Shown here piece after piece: positions 1 through 13,129 of a stretch of DNA of 64,000 nucleotides. Position 1 is the first letter of the stretch. Each line of letters starts with the position of its first letter. The notes beneath the pieces are model-generated. The model saw only the letters and a program-made list of their open reading frames with translations. It was not told where the DNA came from and made no database searches. This stretch comes from Bugula neritina (Eukaryota > Animalia > Bryozoa), in NCBI GenBank assembly GCA_964035545.1, contig OZ037765.1:16182995-16246994 (forward strand). Reading direction: 5' to 3'. A program made the translations under genes and the position numbers.

Positions 1-543
1 TCCTGCCCGCCTACCTTCCTTAGCATGGAATCTGCAAGAAATTGAGCTCCGTGCAAGCAAACTGGAAGGAGAGGTCCATCGGCTCGCTCCTCGGATAGCA
101 GCTGCTGCTAGTGATTTACATGCCCTAAAGGACTCCGCTGCCAAACTCAAACGATCAGCTCGTGACGATGCTAGATAGTCTTTCGCTCCTGTGTGGGGCT
201 TCCGGTCTGTGTGACCCATTTTCTCTTTCTCTACCTCCACATCCAGGACTGTCTGTGTGATGCCCCTCTTGATGGTTGCTGATGCCTGTTAGACTTTATG
301 CCGGGTTGCCCGTTACATAGTCTCTTAAGTAATAATATATGTTTTTGTATATATATAAATCTGTACATTAACTTCGGATGTTACCCGTTCTTTCTTTTAT
401 ATATCATTTTTTATATACATATATTTATGGTTTTACTATCCGTAGTGCTCATATTTTTTTTATGTATATACGTAGTAAATATTCTTTTTTGTTTTGTGAT
501 GCACTTCCCCCCACCGTCATGTTAGCAGGAAGTTGGCTCCCTG

Positions 544-545
<2 letters not shown>
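1..545 (+). mobile_element. 3' internal fragment of a Gypsy element related to the element at 29754-41747 (end of accessory ORF plus 3' UTR, cut off by (TA)n just before the PPT)
   Basis: Frame 2..178 reads ...LAWNLQEIELRASKLEGEVHRLAPRIAAAASDLHALKDSAAKLKRSARDDAR*. This aligns without gaps to LAASVHEVEQRILKFESILFQLTVQVLAATSELNYLKDSVAKLKRKTRQS* on the minus strand at ~30485-30640. Also, 526-545 CAGGAAGTTGGCTCCCTGCT matches CAGAAAGTTGGCTTTCTGCT, which directly precedes the PPT of that element. Confidence 0.75.

Positions 546-628
<83 letters not shown>
545..628. repeat. (TA)n microsatellite
   Basis: Pure TA dinucleotide run. Confidence 0.99.
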
Positions 629-631
<3 letters not shown>

Positions 632-1153
632 GCCAATTATTTACTACAAATTTCAAAAATAGCATAAACTAAGTGGTATTTCTATGCCTATTTGCATCCA
701 ATTTACTAGTCTTACATTTATAGCAACTGCAATGTATTTTGTGTAAAATGGTTATTGCAAGCATTATTCAATTCATATTCATGTTGTAATCACAGCGAAG
801 CTTAAACTTTATAGCTTTGTATTTACGTGCATGAGTGAGTTTTGAATTTTTTTTAATTTTATATGCATAAAAAATGTGTTTAAAACTTTAGCAATAAACA
901 AAACTAAAAAAGATGTACACATAAAATAAAAACATAATAAAATAACAAAAGTGGCAAAACTTCTCTTTATAACTTTTATAAACTTGTGGTACCGATCGCG
1001 GCATAATGATGCCCATATGATTTCTTAAGATTTCCTAAAGTTGGCACTCCTAAGTATACCACACTGGCATATTTCTCAAGCTGAATGTCAAAGGTTGCGT
1101 GTATTCGCTCTTCCTCTTAGGCTCAGCGTAAACTTTAACCCGTGGGGAGTTGA

Positions 1154-1290
1154 TCACGTGATTCTACTGTCGTCGTAACCCTGTAGTTGTCGTACCGTTA
1201 ATGGATGGTTGTTTGTTGAATGAACCTTTTTGTAGGGAGAATAATTCTAACATAATTTGATAACTTCGTCCTGTCAGCTGGTCACGTGAG
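1154..1290 (+). promoter_or_regulatory. Two TCACGTGA E-boxes (CLEAR-like) in the SNX4 promoter/5' region
   Basis: TCACGTGA at 1154-1161 and GTCACGTGAG at 1281-1290, in a CpG-richer patch just upstream of the ATG at 1302. Confidence 0.5.
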
Positions 1291-1301
1291 ACGTTGTTGA
1301 C

Positions 1302-3082
1302 ATGGCGGACCAAAGTTGTCGTGAAAATGAAAGTGGTGATGATAGTTTATCTGCTTCGCCTCAATCTACAGTCAATACTCAACCGCTTAACTCATGGCTC
1401 CAAGTGTCAATCAAAGAATCTAGTCGGCGTACTACTACCTCACTGAAAATACAAGACTCGTTTGTGGTGTATTTAGTAGAAACTAAAGTATTGGATCAAT
1501 TGAAAATCTGCCCTGAATGGCAAGAGGTACCAATAACTGTTTCGGGTTCAGATTGTGCTTCTACTTCACTAGTGGTTGTTTGGAGAAGATACAGTGAATT
1601 TGATTTGTTACGAGACTACTTATTGGATGCATTTCCATCGGTAGTTATTCCTTCTCTTCCTGGAAAACGAGTCCTCACACCATGGCAAGCAGCGGCTTTA
1701 GATAAAAGTGACCCAGAATTTGTTGAGAAAAGGCGGGTTTCTTTAGAGCAGTTTTTAAAGAGGCTTTGTTGTTTACCAGACATGTCTTCAGATCCCATTC
1801 TCTTGGCTTTTTTAAAAACTGACGCTGATTGGAAGAAGATGGTCCATTCGAAACAGCAGTTATTAAAAGATTCACGTCTTAAGGCACTAAGTGCAGCTTA
1901 CAGAATCAAACGCCCCAACGAAAAGTTTGAAGCCATAAGAAGATATGCTAATGAATTAGAAGGGCATATTGGAAATTTGCTTAAAATTAGAGCTAAAGCT
2001 ACAGAACATCTCTATGGAGTACACAAAATTCATGTTAACTATGGCCGGGAGTTTAGTGAATGGAGCTCTCTAGAAAGACAAGACATGGCAGATGGCCTTC
2101 AAAAAATTGGACAATATTTGGATGCCTTCTCTGAGGTAAATTTTGTTAACTTCAATTTGCTTGTCAGTTATTAGTAAATTGCTACTAAAACGTTTAACAC
2201 ATGTGCCTCTTGGCTTGTTATTTATAAAAGATCATTTGCATTTATTTTTAATTAGGGTATATTAGAATTCCAATTGCAAACTTGAGAATTTGAAACCAAT
2301 ACTTCCTAACATTCAAAATTATGTCATAACAGGCAAGAGCTGAAATTTTGATTCTTGATAAATAAAGAGCATGTGCAATTACATACATGCTAGCTAACAT
2401 ATCAAATTAAGTTCTGGTGGCAGGATGCTGATCTATGTATGTGTATTTCAGCTTACTAAATATAAGAAATTGGCATTATTATTATACTAAAACATATTTG
2501 TTTCAAGGATATTGATTCAAGCATAGAAAGTGAAGAAGACTTTGCCGATCAATTGAAAGAGTACCATGGATATTGCGACTCTCTGCGTCATATATGTGTA
2601 AAGCAAGAGTTGCTTTTACTGGAGCTTCAACAGTGTGAAAGCGCTCTGGAGAGCAAGAAGTTCAGGAGAAATAATTTGTCACAGGGCAAACGTGGCCTAC
2701 TGGGTAAGTCTGGTTCTGCAACTAGTCAAGCTACATAAGTTTTAAAGTTAACACAACTTTTGCCTTTTAAACAATCACAATTTTATGATTAATAGATGGC
2801 CTGAAAGTGAAAATGTTTGGAGATGGTACACCTGAACAAAAAGAAGAGAAATTGAAGCAGCTTGATGAGGAAATAGTGGAGATGGAAGAGAAAGTGAAAA
2901 TAGCTACTGAAGCGATAGAAAAGTTTGAGAGTAGTGCTTTAGCAAATGTTGAGAAATTTTATGCTCAGAAAACCTCAGATATTACTGATGTTTTAATCAC
3001 ACATGTAGTTATGTCAATAGAGCAATGTAAAAAAAGCAAAGCGTCATGGGTGAATGTTAGGCAAGCTTGTCAATCTATGTGA
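1302..3082 (+). CDS. SNX4: Sorting nexin-4 (PX + BAR); exons 1302-2135, 2508-2703, 2796-3082
   Basis: PX motifs WRRYSEFDLLR and DPEFVEKRRVSLEQFL. SNX4-typical segments DSRLKALSA, LYGVHKIHVNYGREFSEWS, FADQLKEY and KMFGDGTPEQKEEK. GT-AG introns keep the frame. Confidence 0.95.
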
Positions 3083-3230
3083 TCATACCCTTATTAGTAA
3101 GTTATTGTTACAGTTTATCGAGGTTTCATTTTTGTCTAGTAAATTATTTAATGCTAGCAGTTATTTATCTTTACCGACTGGCATGGGTTTTTATCTGTAA
3201 TCAATTTCTTAAACCAGTATATTTTTAATG

Positions 3231-3246
3231 ATTTTATTAATAAAAT
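3231..3246. terminator. Back-to-back AATAAA poly(A) signals on both strands between convergent SNX4 and CCDC28
   Basis: Palindrome ATTTTATTAATAAAAT: AATAAA on + at 3239-3244 and on - at 3233-3238, lying between the stops at 3082 and 3324. Confidence 0.6.
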
Positions 3247-3323
3247 TCTAGACATGCTATACATAACAGATCATGTACATAAGTTACATGAAATATTAAA
3301 TACGACAGTTACACAATTCACCT

Positions 3324-5742
3324 CTAGTGTTTCTCCTTAGTAAAAAGATTTAAATTGTTCGAAGATTTATGTGGAACAGTTTCACTTTTTAGTTCTTGTA
3401 CTGAATTGTTGAGTTCATCTAAATTACTAACAAGCTTGTTCAGATTTCTAAAACAAAACAAAGAATAGTTTATAAATGGCATTTATCACAAATTACTGGT
3501 AATATTTAGAAGCCAGTTTTCTGATTACAGAACAAGGAACTGGAGAACAGAAAATTTATTTAATGCAAAAACTAACCCGAGTGATAAAATTGCTAAAGTT
3601 CAAAAATTGTAATCAGAAATGACACAGAAACTTCATTGAATTTGATTTATAATGGTGAATAAATTCAGTGTTTTTGAAGACACAACTAAAATAGACACAA
3701 AGTTGAGCACAAGTGTTATGCCACGCCTACAGCACATTTGAACTGATTTTAATTTATTCAAAGTTTGATGCACACACTGCAAAGAGCTTATTGAACATTT
3801 TTACCAAGGCGACAAAATCATAATTTACAATTCACGCACAATTTTGGAACCTTATACTGGTAAAATAACTAAAATATATAATAAGTCTGTACACAATGTA
3901 AAACAGAGATTATTTAAATTGTGTTTATAAGCACATGTGCTTTAATTTTTGTGGAGACATGCATGGGAACTAACAATTTCAAAATTTAGGTTGATGGTTA
4001 ATTTGTTGTTTTCTACAACAGACTACACATTATTCCAAATAACTAAACCAAAGTGTGAACAATCTTGCATTTACTTTGATAATAAAAACTTGTAAGAGTG
4101 GGCAGCAATTTTGAACATTTGTGCTATTTGAAAAAAGAAAAGTTTATTATGAGATGGGGCTTTAACGATTTTTGTTGAAAGCTGTTATTTTTTTCAATTT
4201 CTTTTACTAAATAACCATCATGCAAGCTGGCTTTTAGGTTTGTACTACATCAACTCTAAAGTAAAAGTCGAAGGTTAAAGAATCCTCCCACTATCACATG
4301 CTATTCTTAGCTACAGCAACATACAGCCTAATTACTCATCTAACTTGAATGTTTACACTTGAAACTTTCAAACCAGAAAATAAAGATTATTTCCTCCCCA
4401 GACCTAAAAAATCATGTGAAGCTAAGATAGGGTTAAGAAATACAATTTATATTGGCTGACCACAAGCAATTTTACCAGGTCAGCAAACGCTGTCCCTACA
4501 GTGCTAGATAGGCATCTACCTGAATGTAAAATCTTTAGCATCATCAGTGCTATAACCCTGAAGTTGCTGTTGAGCATCCAAGTCAAAGTGAAGTCGGGAG
4601 AGCCTTTCTTGCTTCTCTCGTACCTGATCCATCTGATGCAAAATGCTGGTCTTTCCAAAAACTTGCAGTCTGCCATTGTGAAATTCTTCCAATAGTTCAA
4701 GTAAACCCTTTTCCATTTCTCGAACATCTGTAACCTTAAAAGCAATGTATTCAAGTTTACCGAACTACTTTATAAAGCACTTTTTAATTTCATCATCCAG
4801 TGGCTACAGCTCTCTATTATTGATATGAACCAGGATTTGTATTTAGAATAAACTATTTTATTAGAATTGGTGCCAGTCACTTGTGAAAAGCAATAGGGGA
4901 TAGCTCATGAATGGGAATGGAGGAGACTAAAGATGACAGAGAAAATAAAACAGTACCCTGGTTTTGACAAGAAAAGTAAAGTAAAGATGGCTAAAATCAA
5001 AGATGCAGCATCTGAGAGGGTATAATAAAATGAATTTGAGAGAAATGAACCAAAGATTATCCCATGCCTGTTGAAAAATAGACCCAGGAGATATAAAGAT
5101 AAGAATATCCTCCAGCAAGGTCAAGAGACTGAATAACAAATTATGGCCACTACACAAAATTACTGAATCAGAACTCAACAATACTGTATTACTGTCAATA
5201 ATTTTATAAGACTTACTGAAACTGCAATCATTAGGCCTACTAGAAAAGCTTAAGTAAGCAGACCAAAAATGTAGCGGCAAATTCGTTTAAAATACTAAAA
5301 TTAGTTGAAGAAACAAACAGACGGCTCACCGAGCTAATCCACTGGTCAGATTAAGAGAAAGTAAAAAAGGCAGCACTTTCAGATTTGCTATTCTGAACAT
5401 TACAAAAACTTGCATAAAAATTTACAACTTCTACAGCAAAGTATGGTAATGTAAATAACTACAATGGTGCACCACATGAATTACATTCATTATCTTAAGG
5501 AATCAGGATACAATTATACATACATCAGTAAGAAACTTGTGTTCAGGACAAGGTCTTCTCATATCTTGAGCCAAAAAGCTGTTAGTTGGGCCATTTAGTT
5601 CCTCTGCAGGAGCTAACGAAGGTTGACTAGGAGCTGGAGGGGCTGGTGCCTTTTTCCTGGCACCAGGTGGTGGGAGAACCGTGGAAGATGTTGATGACGG
5701 AGATAGCTGATGCATAGTGGCTGCTTCCTGCTTTCTCTCCAT
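3324..5742 (-). CDS. CCDC28: Coiled-coil domain-containing protein 28 (CCDC28A/B-like); exons 5742-5524, 4734-4520, 3446-3324
   Basis: Spliced product contains [33 protein letters not shown]...DQVREKQERLSRLHFDLD...RNLNKLVSNLDELNNSVQEL, matching the conserved CCDC28 core. Splice sites are canonical and in frame. Confidence 0.9.
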
Positions 5743-6127
5743 AGTAGCCGCAATAACTGTGCTTTGTTACTATTTAAAACAAGCATTAGGTTTGCTAGTT
5801 AATCATGTTTCTATATAAGCTTGCAACTTCACTGTATGGTAATAGGGCTGAAGAGCATAGCACACAATGCCATTCAAACTAGTTTCAAATTCATTGGGTT
5901 CTATGTATTTTAAATTCTAGTGATATAAAACATAGCAAGAGCTGAAACAGAAAATCGTAATATTGTGGCAGCATGCAACGGAAAATAGCATATCTAAAGA
6001 CAGACAGGTACAAATTTGATTATTTGTAATAAAAAGACTATAGTAATTAAAACTGATACATTTTACAAAAATTATAAAGCGCGAGTTTAATTTCCTAATC
6101 ATTACACATATTAACTTTACATTCAAT

Positions 6128-6265
6128 ACTTACAGACGCAAGTGTAACAGTTTACAATCCACCATCAACTGCTTAAGAACCCTATGACTTGTTATTTTGA
6201 CCAAAATTACAGAGATCGCGGAAGAACTTGTATCTGCTAAGAAAACACTTCCAAACCACGTGCCA
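6128..6265 (-). promoter_or_regulatory. Probable non-coding first exon/promoter of CCDC28
   Basis: Minus-strand donor GTAAGT at 6133-6128, GCGGAAG (ETS-like) at ~6217 and CACGTG at 6257-6262. Confidence 0.4.
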
Positions 6266-6975
6266 TCCTATAACAGAAAAGTTAAGAAAACATTTGTTTT
6301 GGCTAAAAATTATAAATTCAATAGCAAGAAAACATTTTATCTCATACAGGTTTACCATTGTGTATTAGCTATGATATTTATGTACTATATATTTAAAGAT
6401 ACATAAATGTAGATAAAGAATGCTTACTTTAAAACACAGACTAGACAGATTATTACAATGCAAGTTTTATTTAATAATACAAATTGCATAATATTTGTTA
6501 CTAAAAACAGGCCACCATTTCGAAAATAAGGGCTGAATCATAGGTTTGAATTGCATAAATATTATTGGTAATGCTAGCAACAATAATTATAAATCCCAAC
6601 ATGTTGAATAATCTAATCTGACATTTTCAAAAGGAATAAAGTTACTATCTCATTTAACCAGACTTGATATATTAGGATACTAGAAATACATAAAAATCCA
6701 GTATTAAAATAATTTATCAAAATAAATAGCATTGTGTGTACATCTTATACAAAAGCCCTATCTATAGACTACATCAAACATATTATAGACAAAAAATATA
6801 GTTTGACACTTGAAATTTTACAGTCAACAGCTGACACATTGTCTGAAAACCTGCTAGCTAAGTAAAATAAGCTAAGTAAACTGCACAAATCAAGTTGGTC
6901 AGCGATTCTTTATGTAACCCTTGAAATTGGTTACATTTAAAACAAAATTAAGAGTAACTAATTCATGTTCTAAAA

Positions 6976-7166
6976 CAGGGCTGCCAAACAGGCAGGCCCA
7001 TGCCTAAATTTATGTGACCCTCAAAACAAATAAAATTATTTTGCTCACATATATGAATTAGAGTGAAAAAACAGGCCTTTAAATGTCTTATTTATATACA
7101 TACATACAAAACATGCAGCCTGCAGTAATAATTGATACTTCATTCTGAAAAAATTGGACATCCCTG
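6976..7166. mobile_element. hAT-type MITE
   Basis: Termini CAGGGCTGCCAAA...TTGGACATCCCTG, flanked by an imperfect 8-bp duplication TTCTAAAA / CTTTAAAA. Confidence 0.55.
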
Positions 7167-7434
7167 CTTTAAAAGTAGTTGTTTTGAAACAAAAACAAAA
7201 TTTTCTATTGCCCTAGGGATTAGGGTAGTTAGGAATATTTTGGCAGTAGAAGATATATAATAACAACATTTTCTCATTCGACATCAGTATTCTTAATTTT
7301 TGCAGCCGCTAATACAAAATAAAAATATCTATAATTGGCGTAATTGTTTTACTCCGGTCTGTGGCAATTTAAGCTTCAGCATACTATAAGTGTTTGGTAT
7401 TTTTTTATGCATACAAGATTAGGCAGACTAAAAA

Positions 7435-9532
7435 TTAATACATACCAATGACAATGACCACTATAAAAAAGGCTATGCTGAGGGCTATGGTAAATATAGT
7501 TGAAACAATGTTCATCATCAGAATCTTTCCTCCTTTGTTTTTCTATATTACCAGCAACAGAGTATAAAAAAAATTACAGTTAATACAAATTCATTACAAA
7601 TGTATCTGCTGAATAAATATCCATTTAAAATTAGAGTGCTATTTAGAAGTTGCATACTCTATCAGCTTACTGAATTACACAATCTATATGAAAGAATTAC
7701 AAAGATAACACATTACAAAAACCATTGACAGCCACAATGAGAAAAAGCTTAGTCCACAAAGCAAGTCATCAAGCATCAAGCATCAAACATCTGAAAAGGG
7801 CCCAACTAAAAATACATTTTTTCCCAAATATAAATAAGAACAACTTATCTAACAAAAATAACACAAATGTTCAGTCCAATTACATGAAAAAAAGAAATTT
7901 ATTACAAAACTAAGTAAACTTATATGATGGTTAAATTAGAATACTAGTTGTAATACTAAAGGGGAAACAGTGGAACATTCTTTTTTATAAAAACCGCTAA
8001 ATATGTCATCTCAGCCCATAGGAAAAATCTGTCATTTAAATATAAATATGCCTGAACAATTATCCATCAATTACAGAAATGAAATTTCACTACGTGAAAA
8101 CATTGTATAATTGGTTTGAGTTTTCTTATTACTTTGAATTTTAGTAGCTGCTCATTTGTGCCACTAGCTTTGCCTGTTTTAATAACTTTTCCGCTCTTAG
8201 TCAGTAGTATATTCCTTGTCATCTCCTAAGTGCAGGTCATTTCATGACACTACATGGCAATAATGTATTTCATGTCAAAGAAATAAACTGCTATTTGAAA
8301 AATTACATCTTGCTCTCTATAGTTCATTTTTTATACCTACAGGTATAGATGTTGGCCTTTTAGTTAAAGAAATAGTTAGCTTTCTCACTGCACAGAATGT
8401 GAAATAAGGAAGGAGCATTTTTCGATTGACCAATCAATGTGCTGTACTTTCTAAAGAACTAGCCACTGTGATTGAATTACATAAAATACTGTTAAAAAGG
8501 GTGTCCGGTGGCATTGGTCTAAAGAACAAGATAGTTCTTTTGAGAAAACAGAAATGTCATAGTATTTCACTTTTGGCTGTTTATGATGTAAATGGGCACC
8601 ATAATTACAAGATATGCTAGCAATGCAGGTCTGGGGGCAATTCCGTGCCAAATTCAACAAGATAGCTCTTAATGCTTGACATTTACAACAAGTTGACTTT
8701 TATAGGAAACAGAAAAACCGTTGTTCAGCTATAGAAAAAGAACTTAAAGGTCTGTTGGGCAACAGAGAAGTTTTTACCATACCTTTTAGGTATGAAAAAC
8801 ATAAATATTGAGACTGCTCAACACCAATTTGCCATTTTGCTAAGCACCGACCATTTAAGGGTTCAAACTAAGACTCCAAGAATTTCAGTGCACCGTCAGA
8901 AATGTAAGTGGGCCAAAAAATATCGCAGCTGATACTCCCGAGATACAAAACCACCAAAGCAAAAATAGAACCAAGAGAACAAGAAATTGAACTTTACATA
9001 GAAGATATTGACTTATGTGGATCCAATAGGATGTTAGAGCAGCGTCACTCAGAACAACATGAAATTGAATTATTGTTGAAAGTAATAAGCCAAGCGAAAA
9101 ACAGATGGCCATAGTGACAGTTTACTGAAGATGCCATTCTAAAGCTATATTTTGAGAAACATTTTTCAACAAGAAAAAAAAATTATTGATACAAAGAAAT
9201 CAATTGGTGATACTGCTGGCTCAAAAAAACCAGGCATTACAAAATGTCAAGGGTGAGCTAGAAACAGTGTGTGGTGGCCTTTTATGTCCATTGACACTAA
9301 AATTAGCATTTTTACTAAATATACAATTTATGCTGCCTGTTATAAAGCCATTTTACTATTTTGAAAATACCTATAACTGGGCAACACCTTAGCACCAATT
9401 TACATATCCTAGAACGGCCAAGCGCATTTTCTGGTTATTGACAATTATTGAAAATCTCCAGAACTCGTCTCGCTTTGAAGCTCTTTTTTTGAGCAGGATT
9501 TCACATATGAGATTGATGTTCTCATGGCATAC
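7435..9532 (-). CDS. Putative 3' exons of an uncharacterised gene ending in a C-terminal transmembrane segment (exons ~9532-9404, ~8225-8133, ~7541-7435)
   Basis: Three AG/GT-bounded phase-0 open segments: VCHENINLICEILLKKRASKRDEFWRF..., EMTRNILLTKSGKVIKTGK..., and KNKGGKILMMNIVSTIFTIALSIAFFIVVIVIG. No family recognised. Confidence 0.35.
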
Positions 9533-10189
9533 CTGAAATAGTATTGTCAGACAATGAACCGCAATTGCCTGTATTAGCTTATAGATCTCCCGCTACAGAG
9601 ATCCACTACACCAACCCATCCTGATAACTTCAAACCCGACCTTCATAACCATGATTCATTTAAACAGTGTAATGATCAGTATAACGATGAAAGAGAATCT
9701 TGATAAAACCTTGGAGTCCACCCCCCCCCTCAACCAGTTAATAAAGGAGACAAAATTCTGGTAGGGCATGGATAGAGAAAGCTATGCAGTATCTTCTTCA
9801 GTTCATATAAATACTACTGATCAAACAAACATCACAGTCATGAATAAAACTGTAATTTTAATACACTACAGAGTTGACCTTGATCTAAGTAATATTTCAA
9901 TACTCAAACTTACACTGGACTGCCCTAGAGGAAGGAAGGGGTGTGCCACATATGGGTAATATGTTAAACAGTCATTGGTCAATCATTATACAGTTAGCAT
10001 TGATAGGACTGTATTGACTGAACAGGAACTTAATCCTGTCTTATTGCCTTGATTGTCACAAATTTTCAGATTTCAGTGTTCTTATACTCTTAAAATTTCT
10101 TTACTACTAGTACTACGTCTACTGCACCTAGGGCCAAGCCCGAGTAAAAGCAGTAAAAGCTAGTAAAAGCAGCCGAGGAGGGACACAAT

Positions 10190-11215
10190 ACCCATGCAGA
10201 AGTTATGGACATCAAGAAGGCTTTTGACAAGGTACCTCACCTTATGTTGCTTCAAAAATTGCAAAAGATACGGGGCATAAACTGATATCTCCTTAATCAG
10301 ATACTCAGTTTTCTTTCCGACAGACAGCAGTCTGTTGCACTAAGGAGGCAAGCTTTCAGGCAAGCCTCAGGTGTGCCACAGGGCTTTATGCTAGGACCAA
10401 TTTTGTTTTATGCTATATAAATGATCTTCCAGATTTGTTGCAGTGCAAAGTTAGCCTCTATGCTGATGATACTCTACTTTACCAAACTGTGAACACCACA
10501 AAAGATGCAGAATTATTTCAAAATGACATCAACACTGTATATGAGTGATCTATAAAATGAAAAATGCCCTTCAATGAAAAAAAAATTCCAGACAAATAAT
10601 TTTGAAATAGTAGCCCCCATATCACATTACAAACTCCGTAACACATGCCTTGCGCGGGCAGAAATCACTTAACACTTTGGGGTAACCAACCAGTGGGACC
10701 TAAGATTTGATCAGGATATAAATGGTAAATGTACCAAGTTCTGGAAAGTCCTTGGAGGGATCAAGCACTTGATGTATGATGCCCCAAAGGACGCTAAGCT
10801 ACTGCCTTACACAAGTCTATGCAGGCCTATACTTTATTATGCATATATGGTTTGGAATACTGGGGCTGGAAGCAAGGTGCATGATATAGAGCTGGTTCAT
10901 AACAGTACCATACGGCTCATAAACAATATAGATACACTGACAGTGTATCTGTGGCGAGAAATGAGTTAGGACTCCAGTTGCTGGAAGACAGAAGAAAAAA
11001 TAATCGACAGCGTTTACTGATCGGAATTTCTCAGAATGAGGATCAACACTGAACTCTCTCCAGAGCCTATGACAAGATTATTGAAGACAGGGAGCTTGCA
11101 ACTGTAACCACCCGAGCGGCTGCCAGAAGAGAGCTTATCTCGATATCAGCTAGGAAAAGCATGTTCCACACTAGTTTTCTGCCACGAACAATTTTTAAGA
11201 TGCACGGAGAATATA
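10190..11215 (+). mobile_element. Degenerate 5'-truncated non-LTR retrotransposon (CR1/L2-group RT and 3' part)
   Basis: Broken frames read MDIKKAFDKVPH, SFLSDRQQSV, SGVPQGFMLGP, NDLPDLLQCKVSLYADDTLLY, YTSLCRPIL and SFLPRTI, with stops and frameshifts. Confidence 0.85.
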
Positions 11216-11509
11216 ATAACTAATTACAAAACAGCAAATGCTGTAACAAGTGCTATCCCTGGTCTAATATAATTATAGGTTGTCACTAGAGACTTCCCTA
11301 TAGACATTCCAGTTGCTGCGGAAGTCCTACTTCAACTGAGGTAACAAACTGTGGTAAAAACCTTAAGCTAAATGAAGATTTAGTACTATTACTATTAGTA
11401 GTAGTACTAGTAGTACGTAGTTTAAGTTTCTTTCACAAAAAAAATCTGAAGTTAAACTTAGCTTAAACCTCAAAGGTTTTATTATAAACTACCAACAAAC
11501 TCAAACTGG

Positions 11510-12045
11510 TTGCAATCATCATCATGCATTGACATGCAAAACGATTATCATAATCATGATCATGAACTAAATATAAATTATCACCATGATCATATTCATA
11601 ATGAATCATTATAATGATAATCATAATCATAATGATAAAATAACTCATAATCATAATGATAAAATTAATGATTATTGATAATCAATTATTATTTATTTGG
11701 TAATCATAATGATAATGTCAATGATAATCATTATGATTATGATCATCAATATCAATTAGAATAATAATATGAGATGGAATATCATCATCAATATCGACAT
11801 CGTAATTTGGCATAACCATAATGATGATGATAATCATTATCATTATGATAATCTGTCTAACTCCAAGTCTAAGTCTAATAGTAATAGTAATCAGTAATCA
11901 TAATACTAATCATAATGATAATATTATTGAATAATCATTATTGTACGAAAATATTTAGCTTTAAATATATATATTTAAAATTAACCCACAGTGATATTCA
12001 TATTGATAAACATAACCAATAATCATAATGATAATGACATCCATT
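11510..12045. repeat. Degenerate ATC/ATA/ATG trinucleotide low-complexity tract
   Basis: Runs of atcataatgata-like triplets. Confidence 0.8.
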
Positions 12046-12079
12046 TTCATCTTGATAATTATAAAATGAGCTCAAAACC

Positions 12080-12215
12080 ATAAGCAGCTCCGAGTTGAGG
12101 GTGAATGAGTGCAGTAGTTTGAGGCTCTCGAATTTGGAGTTTGGACCTAACTCCAAAAGGCAGAACCCCTCCAACTAAAGCAATTGTTCGTCACCTCCAA
12201 GTCGGAGCTGCTTAT
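12080..12215. mobile_element. Small fold-back MITE (family also present at ~43249-43375)
   Basis: ATAAGCAGCTCCGAGTTGAGGGTGA ... TCACCTCCAAGTCGGAGCTGCTTAT inverted termini. Confidence 0.7.
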
Positions 12216-13129
12216 AGAATTATTCAAACTATGATGGTAACATTATGATTATTATTTTCTTATTATAAATTATATTATTGGCGACGATATTAATTCGTGA
12301 GGTTAGGCCGAGGAATGGCACGGCGTTTCAGAACGTCAGTTGGAAATGACACACTTGGACAATCGCCAAATCGACCATCTTAAAAGTGGACAACTCAAAA
12401 ATAGAGAATAAGAAAATGTGTCATTTTCAAAATGGGTGATCTAAAAGCTGGCCAGGTTCAAAATTGTAAACGTTGGCAATTTTGGGTCTAGGACTAGTTT
12501 AGAAAAAGAAAAAAGATTCTGTGCTGGCATATGCAATACAGCATTTATAAGGAAGTGACTAAAATGGATGGCCACCAAGTTTTATGGGCAGGGCGTTGAC
12601 TAAAATGACTGTCGTGAATATTTTCAGCTTTTTGAATGGTTGCGACTGTTGAAATTATCAAATCCTCAAATTTTCAATATCTTACAATCATTTGAAACCA
12701 AATTAATTTTTGATCCATTAGAGTAGGTATTATGCTAATGGGTTTTAACAGCATTTATTCAGGGTTTTTACCATTTTAATGGTACCTAAGTAACATTATC
12801 ATGTTCTCTTCTCATATGCAACTTGATACTGAAATTAATGTAATCATTTTGTACTTCACTAAACACTTTTCTTGCCTTCATAACACTTTCATAGCTCCTT
12901 GTCTGCATTATGCAGTGAGCAGCAAGAATATATAGTAATATGTAAAATAATGTGCTCCTAATAAAATGTTATGCAGCATATTTTTGTGTGCTGCTGTTAT
13001 TCCAATCTGGATGAAAATTAACTTATGCGAATTTGAAAAGTTCTATAACTGTCTTTTCTATCCAAAACTGGAGATATAAAAATGCTGGTTTCCACCACTT
13101 TAACTTTTAGCAACTTTAACAGTGTTATT

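Noticed and set aside
298-662. ORFs 298..525 and 378..662
   Set aside because: AT-rich retroelement 3' UTR and (TA)n translations (YIYI); no coding signal.
8400-9400. Short + strand ORFs, perhaps a decayed LINE endonuclease region
   Set aside because: No motif that I can identify with confidence.
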